A stretch of DNA of 64,000 nucleotides, from assembly GCA_964504275.1 (NCBI GenBank), contig CAZDDV010000004.1:9908-73907 (forward strand). The letters are read 5' to 3'. A program made the position numbers and the translations under genes. Within the stretch, counting starts at the first letter, position 1; each line of letters starts with the position of its first letter. Positions 1-9,257 of the stretch are shown here, piece by piece. Source of the DNA: an uncultured Candidatus Saccharibacteria bacterium (GTDB lineage: Bacteria > Patescibacteriota > Saccharimonadia > Saccharimonadales > JAGQNJ01). The notes beneath the pieces are model-generated. The model made no database searches, was not told where the DNA came from, and saw only the letters and a list, made by a program, of their open reading frames with translations.

Positions 1-1152
1 AATCTTTCGCATCTTGCCCTTGATTTTGTCGTACTCGTTTCGGGTTTGCTCAATGTTCTGGGTAAAGTACAGCTGTTGGTTGTCGTGCCTATTCCGTAGT
101 TCAGCAATGACTTGGTCAATCCATTCTTCTGGAACATCTACATAGGTTACATCAGCTGCCACGCCATCCAGTATAAGACTTTCTGCCGTGTTAGCGTTAA
201 GACACTTGTTGTTGGCACAACGCAGGTAAACAGTGTTACGTGCCTTAAAGGGTGACACTGCACGTTTGCACTTGCCGCACTTCACGATTTTCTTGAAGCG
301 GTAGTCTTTGCTATCGTATTTAGTTTTCTCGTGCTTTCGCTCATCTTTGACACGCAGACATTCACGGAACAACGCCTGGCTTATCAGCGGTGGATAGTTA
401 TGTTTGTACTCTCTGCCAGAGTGAACCATAACGCCGTAATAGAACTTGTTATTCAGTATTCGCTCAAGGAATGCCTTGTTCGGGGCTTTGCTGTTGGCGA
501 TATTGCTCCTAAAGCCCATTGCTCCAAGCTCCTTGGCAATAACAGCATACGGCTTGCCCATCGCACGTAACTCGAACGCTTTTACTATGTAGTGTGCTTT
601 GTTTTCATCAACTTCAATATCTTTAATCGGCTTTTGAGGCGTACCGCCTTTTAGCACATTCTTATAGCCAATCGGTGCTCTATGTACCCAAATGCCATCA
701 TTAAGCATCTGATCAAAGCGACGCTTTACGTTGTCCCGACTTGCATCCGAATAGTATTTTGCCAGAAGCATACCAATGCCAAGCCTAAACAAATCAGTGG
801 CTGGCGAGTTTTGCGAAATGAACAAGTTGTCTGATGGGAAATGTATTTCAATACTGCCTTTTTCAACCAGGCTGCTCATTATTCGTACTTCTTTTTGTGA
901 TGCGTCACGAGTAAAGCGGTCAATTTTATCAAAGACGATTATGGCAGGCACTTTGAGTGATTGAACCTTTTCTTCAATCAGTGTTGCGAACTTTTGCCTG
1001 TCGTCTTTATAGGCACTTTCGTCAAACTCTTGATAGTCCCATTTAGAGCCTATTGTTCTTGCGTAGTTTTCAAGCCGTTGTTTCTGAGCGGGCAGTGCTT
1101 TACGCTGCTCTATATCTGAAACTCTTGCAATCAGTATTATCTTCTTTTCCAT
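1..1152 (-). CDS. Large serine recombinase (resolvase/invertase-type integrase); C-terminus runs off the left window edge
   Basis: Not in the ORF track because it is open-ended. My reverse translation from the ATG at 1152-1150 (AAGGAG upstream) reads MEKKIILIARVSDIEQRKALPAQKQRLENYAR...PAIIVFDKIDRFTRDA, then RFKKIVKCGKCKRAVSPFKA (zinc ribbon). The frame stays open to position 1. Confidence 0.85.
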   Translation of the reverse strand, partial: MEKKIILIARVSDIEQRKALPAQKQRLENYARTIGSKWDYQEFDESAYKDDRQKFATLIEEKVQSLKVPAIIVFDKIDRFTRDASQKEVRIMSSLVEKGSIEIHFPSDNLFISQNSPATDLFRLGIGMLLAKYYSDASRDNVKRRFDQMLNDGIWVHRAPIGYKNVLKGGTPQKPIKDIEVDENKAHYIVKAFELRAMGKPYAVIAKELGAMGFRSNIANSKAPNKAFLERILNNKFYYGVMVHSGREYKHNYPPLISQALFRECLRVKDERKHEKTKYDSKDYRFKKIVKCGKCKRAVSPFKARNTVYLRCANNKCLNANTAESLILDGVAADVTYVDVPEEWIDQVIAELRNRHDNQQLYFTQNIEQTRNEYDKIKGKMRKI

Positions 1153-1177
1153 AATATTACTCCTTATTAACTTACCA

Positions 1178-2317
1178 TTAGTTACTATTATTTTCAATAT
1201 GTTTTAGGTATGCGCTCATCTTCGTAGGTGTAAACGTTTCCAAAGTGTCCGTCACTCGGTGGAAGTGTGAAAAACGATGTGCCTTGGGTGCTTTTGCTAA
1301 CTTCTTGATGCGATACCAGGTTGTGTCGGTGTACGCAGCCTCAATAAGGTTTCGCAGATTTCGCACGCCCTCTTGTCCGTTTATTAGCAACACTGCTGTT
1401 GCAGCAAGTGCCGCTTGCGGTGTAGCGTCTGGATTTTCAATCAAGTAGTTTTGAAACAGTTTATAGGGACGTTTCTCGTCAAGCGAGAGCATATCAACTG
1501 ATGCGGTTAGTTTTGCCCAATGTTCAAGCAACAACCCTTGGCACAGCTTTTTCTTGTACAGACCCTCAAAGGTTCTGTTTTCAACATCTGGATAGGCACG
1601 TTCAACGGCTTTTTTGCCAACGAGCCTGACCTCGTAACGCAGCACTTCAATTGGTGCGACCTCACGAAGCGGTTCAAGCAAACTCATCTGTATGCCGTTA
1701 TCTTTTTCAAAGGCACGCTTTTCGCTTATCTTAGCTCGACGCAGGTCAGCTAATTTGTCGTAAAAAGCAATGTCCAGTGAGTTGCAGTGAATGTGTATGA
1801 CGTGACCGTCACGAAAGTTAGTTCGCTGCAAATCATAGGTGCGGCTTATGTCCAGTTTGCCGATTGTGTTTAGTATGGTTTGGCACGAGGTGTAATCCAT
1901 AAACACAACGTTCTTGCAAGGATGCCACGCATTTACCTCAGCCTCTTTGAGCTGATGAGGGAAAAACTTATGACCAGTCAGCTCAAAGAGACACTTCTGT
2001 AAGGCAGCAATAATTGGCTCAAAATCTGCTTCCGTAACTTCATCAAAGTTCTGCTTGAACAGCAGTTTCGGTGCAGAAAACTCAATAGCCAATTGGTACA
2101 CAACGCCCCTAGTTTTGTTTGGTCTGCGGTGCAGCGTCAAACGAGGCATATACTTGCCCATCTTGGCATAGGTTGGCGAGGGGTTTAAGTATGTTCTGTG
2201 GTTACCCCAAGTTCCTGCAAGCTGCTCAACAGACAGCGGTGTAAATGCTCCTTTACGCAAAATCATCGGGTCACTGATTGTTAGCAGTAGTTTTACTGTG
2301 TCTACCATAATTGTCAT
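1178..2317 (-). CDS. Hypothetical protein; possibly a phage/plasmid replication-initiation (Rep-like) protein
   Basis: Track ORF 1178..2371. I prefer the ATG at 2317 (MTIMVDTVKLLL) to limit overlap with the upstream gene. The N-terminus and AIEFSAPKLLFKQNFDE resemble Rep proteins, from memory only. Confidence 0.4.
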   Translation of the reverse strand: MTIMVDTVKLLLTISDPMILRKGAFTPLSVEQLAGTWGNHRTYLNPSPTYAKMGKYMPRLTLHRRPNKTRGVVYQLAIEFSAPKLLFKQNFDEVTEADFEPIIAALQKCLFELTGHKFFPHQLKEAEVNAWHPCKNVVFMDYTSCQTILNTIGKLDISRTYDLQRTNFRDGHVIHIHCNSLDIAFYDKLADLRRAKISEKRAFEKDNGIQMSLLEPLREVAPIEVLRYEVRLVGKKAVERAYPDVENRTFEGLYKKKLCQGLLLEHWAKLTASVDMLSLDEKRPYKLFQNYLIENPDATPQAALAATAVLLINGQEGVRNLRNLIEAAYTDTTWYRIKKLAKAPKAHRFSHFHRVTDTLETFTPTKMSAYLKHIENNSN

Positions 2318-2582
2318 CACTTCTTTCAAAAAGCTCGTTGCACTTGGTAACGATAGCTTGTTCAATAGCACTTCCAGCCTCTTTGCTGAGCGGATGGTAA
2401 TAGTTCAGCTCACGTCTACCAATACGCTTTGTGGGGTAGGTTATGCGGTAACCTGAGCCATCCAAACGGCGATGTACGCCCATTGAGCCAAGATACAGCT
2501 GACCATTGATTACACAGCTGGCAAAAGCCACTAACCCGTCAACGGCTTTGACAGAGACAATGTTAACTTCTGTTACTTCCAT
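2271..2582 (-). CDS. SpoVG-like nucleic-acid-binding protein
   Basis: Internal ATG at 2582 preceded by AGAGGAG. MEVTEVNIVSVKAVDGLVAFASCVINGQLYL...YHPLSKEAGSAIEQAI parallels the SpoVG pattern MEVTDVRL..G..KA.AS...HP. Confidence 0.55.
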   Translation of the reverse strand: MEVTEVNIVSVKAVDGLVAFASCVINGQLYLGSMGVHRRLDGSGYRITYPTKRIGRRELNYYHPLSKEAGSAIEQAIVTKCNELFERSDDNYGRHSKTTANNQ

Positions 2583-2691
2583 CGCTTTCGCTCCTCTAGT
2601 TTCTTCTCTTGTTTGTTTGCCCAGAGCCATAGGCTCATCAGCCAATCAATACACTTCCGCAGGTTCACTTGGAGTAGTTTGTAAAGCAGCC

Positions 2692-3006
2692 TCATTTCTT
2701 ACTCCTATGCTTGGCACACTCTTGTTGGCAAATTTCGTTTTTACACGGGCTTTCCAGTAGCAAGTTGAGTTGCGTGATTACGTCCCGTAGGTCGCAATGT
2801 TGCATCTGTCCAAAACTTGCCCTGATTGATTTGACCCATCCTTCTGGGCTTACTTTGCCTGGCAATGTGTTCATAGCCTCAGCGATGATGTTTTCCAGCT
2901 GCGTTTCTTCCGTGTTCCAGATGTAAAATCTTACGGCAAATAGCTGACAGTGGTCGCACCAATTATTAAACTGGTCTATTGTTCTTATTTTCTGTTCCTC
3001 GTCCAT
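2692..3006 (-). CDS. Hypothetical small Cys-containing protein
   Basis: 104-aa ORF with AAGGAG 8 nt upstream of the ATG. Co-oriented in the minus-strand operon. Confidence 0.5.
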   Translation of the reverse strand: MDEEQKIRTIDQFNNWCDHCQLFAVRFYIWNTEETQLENIIAEAMNTLPGKVSPEGWVKSIRASFGQMQHCDLRDVITQLNLLLESPCKNEICQQECAKHRSKK

Positions 3007-3214
3007 TTTCCTTGCTCCTTATTTCATTACGTACTTTTTGTGCAAGGTCCATTTGAATGAGTACATCAAACCAACCTGTTAGGTTGTGAAGTGCTTCAGC
3101 ACTTAGTCCAGCAGGCACGCCTTTAATTGCGGCACTATTCTGTGCTTTTGCTGGCTGTTGTTTCGTAGCCTTTCTTTGTTGATGGGTATTCTGCTTGTCT
3201 TGCACAATATCCAT
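2966..3214 (-). CDS. Small element-associated protein with motif NLTGWFDVLIQMDLAQK
   Basis: 82-aa ORF. Its C-terminal motif recurs in the 55-aa ORF at 58167..58334 on the tRNA-Gln island. Confidence 0.5.
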   Translation of the reverse strand: MDIVQDKQNTHQQRKATKQQPAKAQNSAAIKGVPAGLSAEALHNLTGWFDVLIQMDLAQKVRNEIRSKENGRGTENKNNRPV

Positions 3215-3265
3215 TACAAAGAGTGGTCAATATAAACAGTTTAAATCTGTGGATAAGTAAGGTTT

Positions 3266-4495
3266 TTACAGATTGAGATAATCTGGATTTATAAAAAACT
3301 TGAAGCCGTCGTTATCAATAAATTTGGGCATTTTACCGCCTGAGGCAATCATTACCTGCTGGTTAAAATGGTGTGCGTAGCCTTTTATTTTGTTCTTCCA
3401 TTCATCTTCATCCTTAGCATTTGCTAAGTGAGTACCGTATACCTCTCGTACTAAATCTTCAATATGCCATTTTTCTACAATGTTTTCAGGCGAGCTTAAT
3501 AAGAAACGAGCTAGTCGGGTGTAATTGGAGCTGATTGTAACGGTAACTTTTAGTGTGCCGAGCAGTATCTGTATAGATGAACCTGTACGCTGGAAGTTAA
3601 CCTGTGACGGTGCTACAAGGAACTTACCCTGCTGTACATCTTTGGCGACAAGTTGTTCTTTAAGGTCACGCACATCTTGTCGTAGGTCGTTAAAGGCGAG
3701 TAGAAAACTAGCATTGTCGGTAAAGGTGATATTACCAACAGTATTTGTCTGTGTAGCCATTGCATTCGCAGTTAAGTTATCGTCATTCGTGGTTACGTCA
3801 TCTAATGCAAAATCTACCGTCTCAAACCGACTAAACTCAATGCTTGTCGTAAGTGAGCCAATATCAAACAGTAGTTCACGTACTACTCGCTCGTGCTTGG
3901 TATGAATATCTGCAAATAAAGTTCGTGCTATCAGTGGAGCTTGAAATGCCTCTTGAATACTTTTGATTGTGGCTATGATGTTTTCTGTCGGGAGTGTGAC
4001 CAATGACTTTTGTACTGCCGCAAGTGCAGTAAATTGATTTTGCGTAAATAGCGTACTTTTATAAATTGCCTCTAGTGCAGGAGCAATAGCTGTTTGAATA
4101 CCGAATGCCTTGTTTAGTGCAGGCTGCATAGCGAGCGTGGTCTTTTGCATATCTGCCACGATTTTTAGCATTGGCGATGTGTCTATTGCTTGAAGGGTCT
4201 GAAAGGATGGCGATATTTTGTAAATACTCTGTATAGACTGGGTTATCGCAGTAAAGTCGTACTTGCTGGCTAACATTTCAGTCATCATTTTTAGATGTTG
4301 CCGAGCTTCTTCTAGCTGCTTTCGTTGGCTTGGAGTTAGAGTAGCACGGTCCTCAGCACTCAGTTCCTTGTATTCGGCTAGTGTGATACCTGTGCGTTTT
4401 CTATTCTTAAAATCGGCAGCTTTAGAAACCGTAAGAGTTACGGTTTTAGGTTCAGCTTTTTTGGGTTTATTGCTGTCTTTCATCACATCTCTCAT
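3266..4495 (-). CDS. Hypothetical protein (about 409 aa)
   Basis: Long ORF that is first in the minus-strand operon. Start is ambiguous (GTG 4498, ATG 4495 or ATG 4483). No recognisable motif. Confidence 0.6.
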   Translation of the reverse strand: MRDVMKDSNKPKKAEPKTVTLTVSKAADFKNRKRTGITLAEYKELSAEDRATLTPSQRKQLEEARQHLKMMTEMLASKYDFTAITQSIQSIYKISPSFQTLQAIDTSPMLKIVADMQKTTLAMQPALNKAFGIQTAIAPALEAIYKSTLFTQNQFTALAAVQKSLVTLPTENIIATIKSIQEAFQAPLIARTLFADIHTKHERVVRELLFDIGSLTTSIEFSRFETVDFALDDVTTNDDNLTANAMATQTNTVGNITFTDNASFLLAFNDLRQDVRDLKEQLVAKDVQQGKFLVAPSQVNFQRTGSSIQILLGTLKVTVTISSNYTRLARFLLSSPENIVEKWHIEDLVREVYGTHLANAKDEDEWKNKIKGYAHHFNQQVMIASGGKMPKFIDNDGFKFFINPDYLNL

Positions 4496-4526
4496 CACAA
4501 CCTGTTAAGTGGTGTATAGTTATAGT

Positions 4527-4721
4527 ATGCCACAAAAGAGTAATAAAGAGCCGAAGTTACTCACGCTCAAACAGGCGTGCGAGATACTGAATTGTCATCC
4601 AAACACACTGCGTGCGTGGGACGAAAAAGGTTACTTAGTTGCGGTGCGATTTGGGACAAGACGTGATAGACGCTACCGCAGAGAAGATGTGATGAAGTTA
4701 TTGGAAAAGAAAGGTAATTAA
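4527..4721 (+). CDS. Excisionase/MerR-type helix-turn-helix DNA-binding protein
   Basis: LTLKQACEILNCHPNTLRAWDEKGYLVAVRFGTRRDRRYRREDV matches the excisionase-family HTH pattern. The ATG at 4527 is preferred over the track's GTG at 4509. The stop directly abuts the next ATG. Confidence 0.7.
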   Translation: MPQKSNKEPKLLTLKQACEILNCHPNTLRAWDEKGYLVAVRFGTRRDRRYRREDVMKLLEKKGN

Positions 4722-5732
4722 ATGAAAATCCAGATAAAAGATTTAAAAGAAAAAGTCACTGCATATCTACTAGCTAGTGGCTTTGATGAGCAAAACGCCA
4801 GTACCCTTACAGAGCTGGTTATTGAACAAGAGTTAGTGGGCAATCAGTTTAGTGCGGTTGGCGAATTGCCTGGAAAACACGCTCGCATAATTGAGAATGC
4901 AGGCAACGCTAAGGAAGAAGTTACCGTCACAAAACCTGCTATGAAACTTATTAAGGGTAACGGACGCCTAGCACCACTTATTACAGCAGACCATTTAGAC
5001 GACGTTGTAACCAATGCGAAAAAGCAAGGCATCTATGCTTTGGGGATTTATGACAGCACCTACAATGACTTTTTTGACGTTTTTTGCCGACGGGTTGCTG
5101 CACAAGACTGCATTGCAATCATAGTTGAAAACGGTGGTCCGCAAGGGGTAACACCATTCGGTGGCAAAACTGATGTTACAGGTACTAACCCGATTGCTTA
5201 TGGCATACCAACAAATAAATATCCAATAGTGTTTGATGCGGCAACTGCAATGCACGCCTATGGTCGGATTAAACAATCCAAAGAGAGTGGCGAGAAATTA
5301 CCCGATAATGCCTACGTTGATAAGCAAGGCAACGTTACAACTGACCCAGAAGTTGCATATGCTGTGTTACCGTTTGGCGGATTTAAGGGATTTGGTATCA
5401 ACCTTTTAGTAGGTGTATTGAGTGGTAGTTTGGTAAGAGGCAAAAGTGGCTTAGACCAACCGTTAGATAGTCAACGCTATATTGGAACACTTATCATCGT
5501 TATTGACCCAGCAGCTTTTGGTGAGATTGCTGATTTTAAAGTATCTACCACTAAACTAGCCGAGGACATTTTAGCTGTTGAACCGATTGACCCAAGTCAG
5601 CCAGTTCGTGTTCCTGGTTATCGTGGTGCAAAACGTCGTGAGGAGTTTTTGGCTTCTGGCACGATTGAAATTGAGGATGATGGTTGGAATAGATTTAAAG
5701 CTGCTTTAGATAAAGTTGGTAGTCAAAAATGA
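4722..5732 (+). CDS. Ldh_2 family (malate/L-lactate/sulfolactate-type) NAD(P)-dependent oxidoreductase
   Basis: 336 aa. GTNPIAYGIPT and the FGGFKGFGINLLV segment are typical of the Ldh_2 family. Confidence 0.7.
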   Translation: MKIQIKDLKEKVTAYLLASGFDEQNASTLTELVIEQELVGNQFSAVGELPGKHARIIENAGNAKEEVTVTKPAMKLIKGNGRLAPLITADHLDDVVTNAKKQGIYALGIYDSTYNDFFDVFCRRVAAQDCIAIIVENGGPQGVTPFGGKTDVTGTNPIAYGIPTNKYPIVFDAATAMHAYGRIKQSKESGEKLPDNAYVDKQGNVTTDPEVAYAVLPFGGFKGFGINLLVGVLSGSLVRGKSGLDQPLDSQRYIGTLIIVIDPAAFGEIADFKVSTTKLAEDILAVEPIDPSQPVRVPGYRGAKRREEFLASGTIEIEDDGWNRFKAALDKVGSQK

Positions 5733-6502
5733 TAGACCCACAAGAAAAGGAGACACCACAAACTATGGAAGCAAAATCTTATACTTTAATGACAGCCGAT
5801 GTTTACGATGCTATATATTCAAAAAAGAACTATGAAGCAGAGGCACAAGCACTTAAAGGGCTAGTCGACAGATATAAGAAGACTGACGGCAATGAGTTAC
5901 TTGACGTTGCTTGCGGAACAGGGCTGCACCTGCCTTATCTTGCTGCCGACTACCAGGTAACAGGAGTGGACCTGTCAGAACAACAACTTGAAGCCGCTAA
6001 GAAACGACTGCCTGACCTGACTTTCGTTCAAGGCGATATGCGTAATTTTGATTTGCACCATAAATTTGACGTGGTTACTTGTCTATTCAGTTCAATTGGT
6101 TATGTCCATCCTCTGGATGATTTAAAGGAAGCAGTCAAGAATATGGCTGACCACGTAAAGCCAGGTGGAGTTATGTTTATTGAACCTTGGCTACAACCAG
6201 GTGTTTTTGACCCTAACAGACCCCCTCATACAGAAGTGGGCGAGCTGCCAGAAAAGCATCTAAAAGTAACCAGAACAGCTCACAACAGTATTGATGGAAA
6301 CATTTCAATTCTAGATATGCACCACGTTGTTGAAACCCCAAGTGGCACGCAGGAATTTAACGAAGAACATAGACTTGCTCTGTATACGCCAGAGGAGTTT
6401 CAGCAGGCGTTTGCAGAGGCTGGACTTGAACTTCATCACGACGAGCAAGGATTATCAGGACGGGGTCTCTATATAGGCACAAAACCTAAGGAGCAAGAAT
6501 GA
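5729..6502 (+). CDS. Class I SAM-dependent methyltransferase, TylM1/DesVI-like (aminosugar N,N-dimethyltransferase family)
   Basis: LLDVACGTGLHLPYLA (SAM motif I). The sequence ...GDMRNFDL..KFDVVTCLFSSIGYV...PGGVMFIEPW...GRGLYIGTKP is collinear with TylM1 as I recall it. 4-nt ATGA overlap with the upstream gene. Confidence 0.75.
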   Translation: MIDPQEKETPQTMEAKSYTLMTADVYDAIYSKKNYEAEAQALKGLVDRYKKTDGNELLDVACGTGLHLPYLAADYQVTGVDLSEQQLEAAKKRLPDLTFVQGDMRNFDLHHKFDVVTCLFSSIGYVHPLDDLKEAVKNMADHVKPGGVMFIEPWLQPGVFDPNRPPHTEVGELPEKHLKVTRTAHNSIDGNISILDMHHVVETPSGTQEFNEEHRLALYTPEEFQQAFAEAGLELHHDEQGLSGRGLYIGTKPKEQE

Positions 6503-7233
6503 AAACAATCCTCATAACAGGTTCAAGTAGAGGTATTGGCAAGGCTATTGCCACGCTTGCTCATCAAAAAGGTTACAAAGTTATTGTTCACGGCAAGTCC
6601 GATAGCGACGAGCTAAAGCAGGTACATAAGGAGCTAGATGGCTCGCTCAAAGCTGTATTTGATATTTCTAACAAGGATGAAACAGCCAAAGCTATAGCTG
6701 GTCTTTTAGGAGAAGTTGGCACAATTGATGCCCTCGTAAACAATGCTGGCGTTGCTCGGAACTTTATTAAGGACGTATCCGAGGTTGATGATGACAAGGC
6801 TATTGAGGAGTACAAAGTAAATGTTCTAGGTACATTGCACTGTATTCAAGCCGTTTTGCCTAAGATGCTAGAACAAAAGAGTGGTAGCGTGGTCAATATT
6901 AGCTCAATCAAAGCCTACCCGAACCTTGCAACAATGAGTACGCTTACTTACGCACCTTCAAAGGCTGGCGTCATATCTGTCACTAAAGCACTAGCAAAGT
7001 CATATCCGACTGTTCGCTTCAATACTGTTGCTCCTGGCTACGTGGAAACTGACCAAGTGGATGACTGGAATGAAGAAACATTTAAGCGTATCAGCGACGG
7101 CACTATAGTGGGTAGAATTGCCAAACCAGAAGAAATAGCACCACTTGTTATGTTCTTGGCTTCTGATGAAGCTAGTTACATCACTGGTGCAGATTATCTT
7201 GCTGACGGTGGCTATTCAATAAAGGGTAAATAA
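6499..7233 (+). CDS. Short-chain dehydrogenase/reductase (SDR, FabG-like)
   Basis: TGSSRGIGKAIA cofactor motif, NNAG, and the YAPSKAG catalytic YxxxK. Confidence 0.85.
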   Translation: MKTILITGSSRGIGKAIATLAHQKGYKVIVHGKSDSDELKQVHKELDGSLKAVFDISNKDETAKAIAGLLGEVGTIDALVNNAGVARNFIKDVSEVDDDKAIEEYKVNVLGTLHCIQAVLPKMLEQKSGSVVNISSIKAYPNLATMSTLTYAPSKAGVISVTKALAKSYPTVRFNTVAPGYVETDQVDDWNEETFKRISDGTIVGRIAKPEEIAPLVMFLASDEASYITGADYLADGGYSIKGK

Positions 7234-7724
7234 TGAAAATACAAATAGTAAATGACCAAGACCAGCTTATCGGTGTAAAAGAGCGTATAGAGGTTGATTA
7301 TAAAACAGACACTTACCGTGTTTCTGCTTTATGGCTGACTAACACGAAGGGTCAAACTCTGCTTGCTAAGCGTGCGTCTGTAAAAGATAAAGACCCTAAC
7401 AAATGGGGACCTGCCGTAGCTGGTACGATAGACGAGGGTGAAACGTATGATGACAACATCTACAAGGAAGCTATGGAAGAAATTGGGCTTAATGGCGAAC
7501 CATTTTCTAAAGGACCAAAAATCCGAATTACACACCCAAGAAATTACTTTTGTCAGTGGTATTTTGTAACTCTTGACCGTGATACAGACAGCTTTGTAAT
7601 GCAAGCTGATGAGGTAGATGCTTTGGAGTGGATTGATATTGAGCAAATGAAGCAGGAGCTAAAAACTGACCCAGATAAATACGTACCTGCTATGAACCAG
7701 ATAATAGATGAACTTGGAATATGA
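7233..7724 (+). CDS. Nudix hydrolase
   Basis: Nudix box GTIDEGETYDDNIYKEAMEEIGL (Gx5Ex7REUxEExGU-like). Confidence 0.8.
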   Translation: MKIQIVNDQDQLIGVKERIEVDYKTDTYRVSALWLTNTKGQTLLAKRASVKDKDPNKWGPAVAGTIDEGETYDDNIYKEAMEEIGLNGEPFSKGPKIRITHPRNYFCQWYFVTLDRDTDSFVMQADEVDALEWIDIEQMKQELKTDPDKYVPAMNQIIDELGI

Positions 7725-8680
7725 GCGAGCAAAAACCAACAGATAGACTTAACTACACTGGTGACCTTGAGCCTGTCATTGATAGGCTCTGTGAGGCTTA
7801 TGACGTAGGCACACCTGCTAGTTCAAGTGTTGTTGAGGTTGGATACGAGGATTGCAATGTTATTTTGGAAACCGACCAAAACAAGTATCTTGCAAAGATG
7901 TTTGCCAAAACACGTACAGCCGAGGATATAGCACGTTATACGACTACAATGCAGAAAGTGGTAGAAGCAGGAATAAATCATCCTGAACTGCTAACTACTA
8001 TCTCAGGCGAAGTTACGTACACAGATAGCGGAATTACGCTTGTATTGATGCGTTTTGTTGAGGGTAAGACATTCTTTGAGGTTGACCGAGCACCTGATAC
8101 TGATGAGCGAAAAGCGGTTTTAGAACAAGCAGCATTGGTAAACGGAGTTGATTATAAACCGACATATCTCTTTGATAGCTGGGCAATCCCTAATATCAGA
8201 GCAATGTTTGATAAAGTCAGGCAGTTTGTTGAGCCTGATGATTTGAAGCTAGTTGAACAAGCGATGGCTCGTTATGAGGCAATTCCTGTTGACGACCTAC
8301 CGCATTGCTTTGTACACGGTGATTTTACAAAAACCAATGTACTCAAAGCCAACGACGGCAAAATCTATATCTTGGACTTTTCCGTAGCTAACTGGTATCC
8401 ACGCATTCAGGAGCTATCGATCATAGCCGCAAATCTACTACACGATAGTGGCGACAGTAGCTCGTTAGAAGCTGGGTGCAATCAAGTAGCTGACGAATAT
8501 AGCCAGTTCAATCAACTGACAGATGCAGAACGGCAACATTTACCAGCATACGCATTGGCAGGTATTGCAATGGAGTTTATGGGTGCTCATCAGGAAAAGC
8601 ATATCAATGGCAATGACACAGACGAAACTGGCTACTGGCTAAATCTCGGACGAGAGGGGCTTAGAAAGGCATTGCTATGA
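7721..8680 (+). CDS. APH-family phosphotransferase (aminoglycoside/homoserine-kinase-II-like small-molecule kinase)
   Basis: Catalytic loop FVHGDFTKTNVL (HxDxxxxN) followed by YILDFS (DFG-equivalent). Confidence 0.75.
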   Translation: MSEQKPTDRLNYTGDLEPVIDRLCEAYDVGTPASSSVVEVGYEDCNVILETDQNKYLAKMFAKTRTAEDIARYTTTMQKVVEAGINHPELLTTISGEVTYTDSGITLVLMRFVEGKTFFEVDRAPDTDERKAVLEQAALVNGVDYKPTYLFDSWAIPNIRAMFDKVRQFVEPDDLKLVEQAMARYEAIPVDDLPHCFVHGDFTKTNVLKANDGKIYILDFSVANWYPRIQELSIIAANLLHDSGDSSSLEAGCNQVADEYSQFNQLTDAERQHLPAYALAGIAMEFMGAHQEKHINGNDTDETGYWLNLGREGLRKALL

Positions 8681-9246
8681 ACATTGACCAAGTAGTGTCT
8701 CAGCTCAAGAAAGAAGATGTTCAGAAAATGCCAGTCTTAATAGCGATTGAGGGATTTGGTGGTTCAGGTAAGACAACGCTTGCCGAGCAGCTAAAAGATG
8801 TTTTGCAGGATGCTTATATCATTAACATTGATGACTTTATTATCAAATCTAAACTGACTGAACCATCTTGGGACAAAGGAGCGTTTGACCGTGAAAGGCT
8901 AGAGCAACAGGTTCTAATACCAGCGACAACTGGCAAGGATATTGCCTACCAAAAACTCATCTGGGTGACCGATACTTTGAGCGAGCCAGTAGCCGTGCCT
9001 AGAGTAACCTATCTTATAGTTGAGGGCATTTCATCTTTCCATCCAAACATAGCTAAATATTATGACTATAAAATCTGGGTTGATACGCCTATTGAACTTG
9101 CGAAACAGCGTGGACACGCACGAGATGGTAGTAACGAAAATGCCCAGCACTGGGATTTGTGGGCTGAAAATGACCTAAAATACCAGCAGAAATATCATCC
9201 AGAGCAAACTGCTGATTTTACGATTGAAAATAAAGAAACCGTTTGA
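8677..9246 (+). CDS. P-loop kinase, uridine kinase/PRK-like
   Basis: Walker A IAIEGFGGSGKTTLAEQL and later LIVEGI, as in Udk-family kinases. Confidence 0.65.
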   Translation: MNIDQVVSQLKKEDVQKMPVLIAIEGFGGSGKTTLAEQLKDVLQDAYIINIDDFIIKSKLTEPSWDKGAFDRERLEQQVLIPATTGKDIAYQKLIWVTDTLSEPVAVPRVTYLIVEGISSFHPNIAKYYDYKIWVDTPIELAKQRGHARDGSNENAQHWDLWAENDLKYQQKYHPEQTADFTIENKETV

Positions 9247-9257
9247 GGAGTACGTAA

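Noticed and set aside
331-964. Plus-strand ORFs 331..570 and 776..964 from the track
   Set aside because: They lie antisense to a continuous, motif-rich serine recombinase reading frame (1-1152, minus strand). They have no RBS and no recognisable features.
4509-4526. GTG start at 4509 for the HTH gene, and tandem TATAGT boxes (4515-4526) as a leaderless-mRNA promoter
   Set aside because: The ATG at 4527 gives the conventional HTH N-terminus. The -10-like boxes directly abut the ATG and suggest a leaderless transcript, but no convincing -35 was seen, so they are not listed as a feature.
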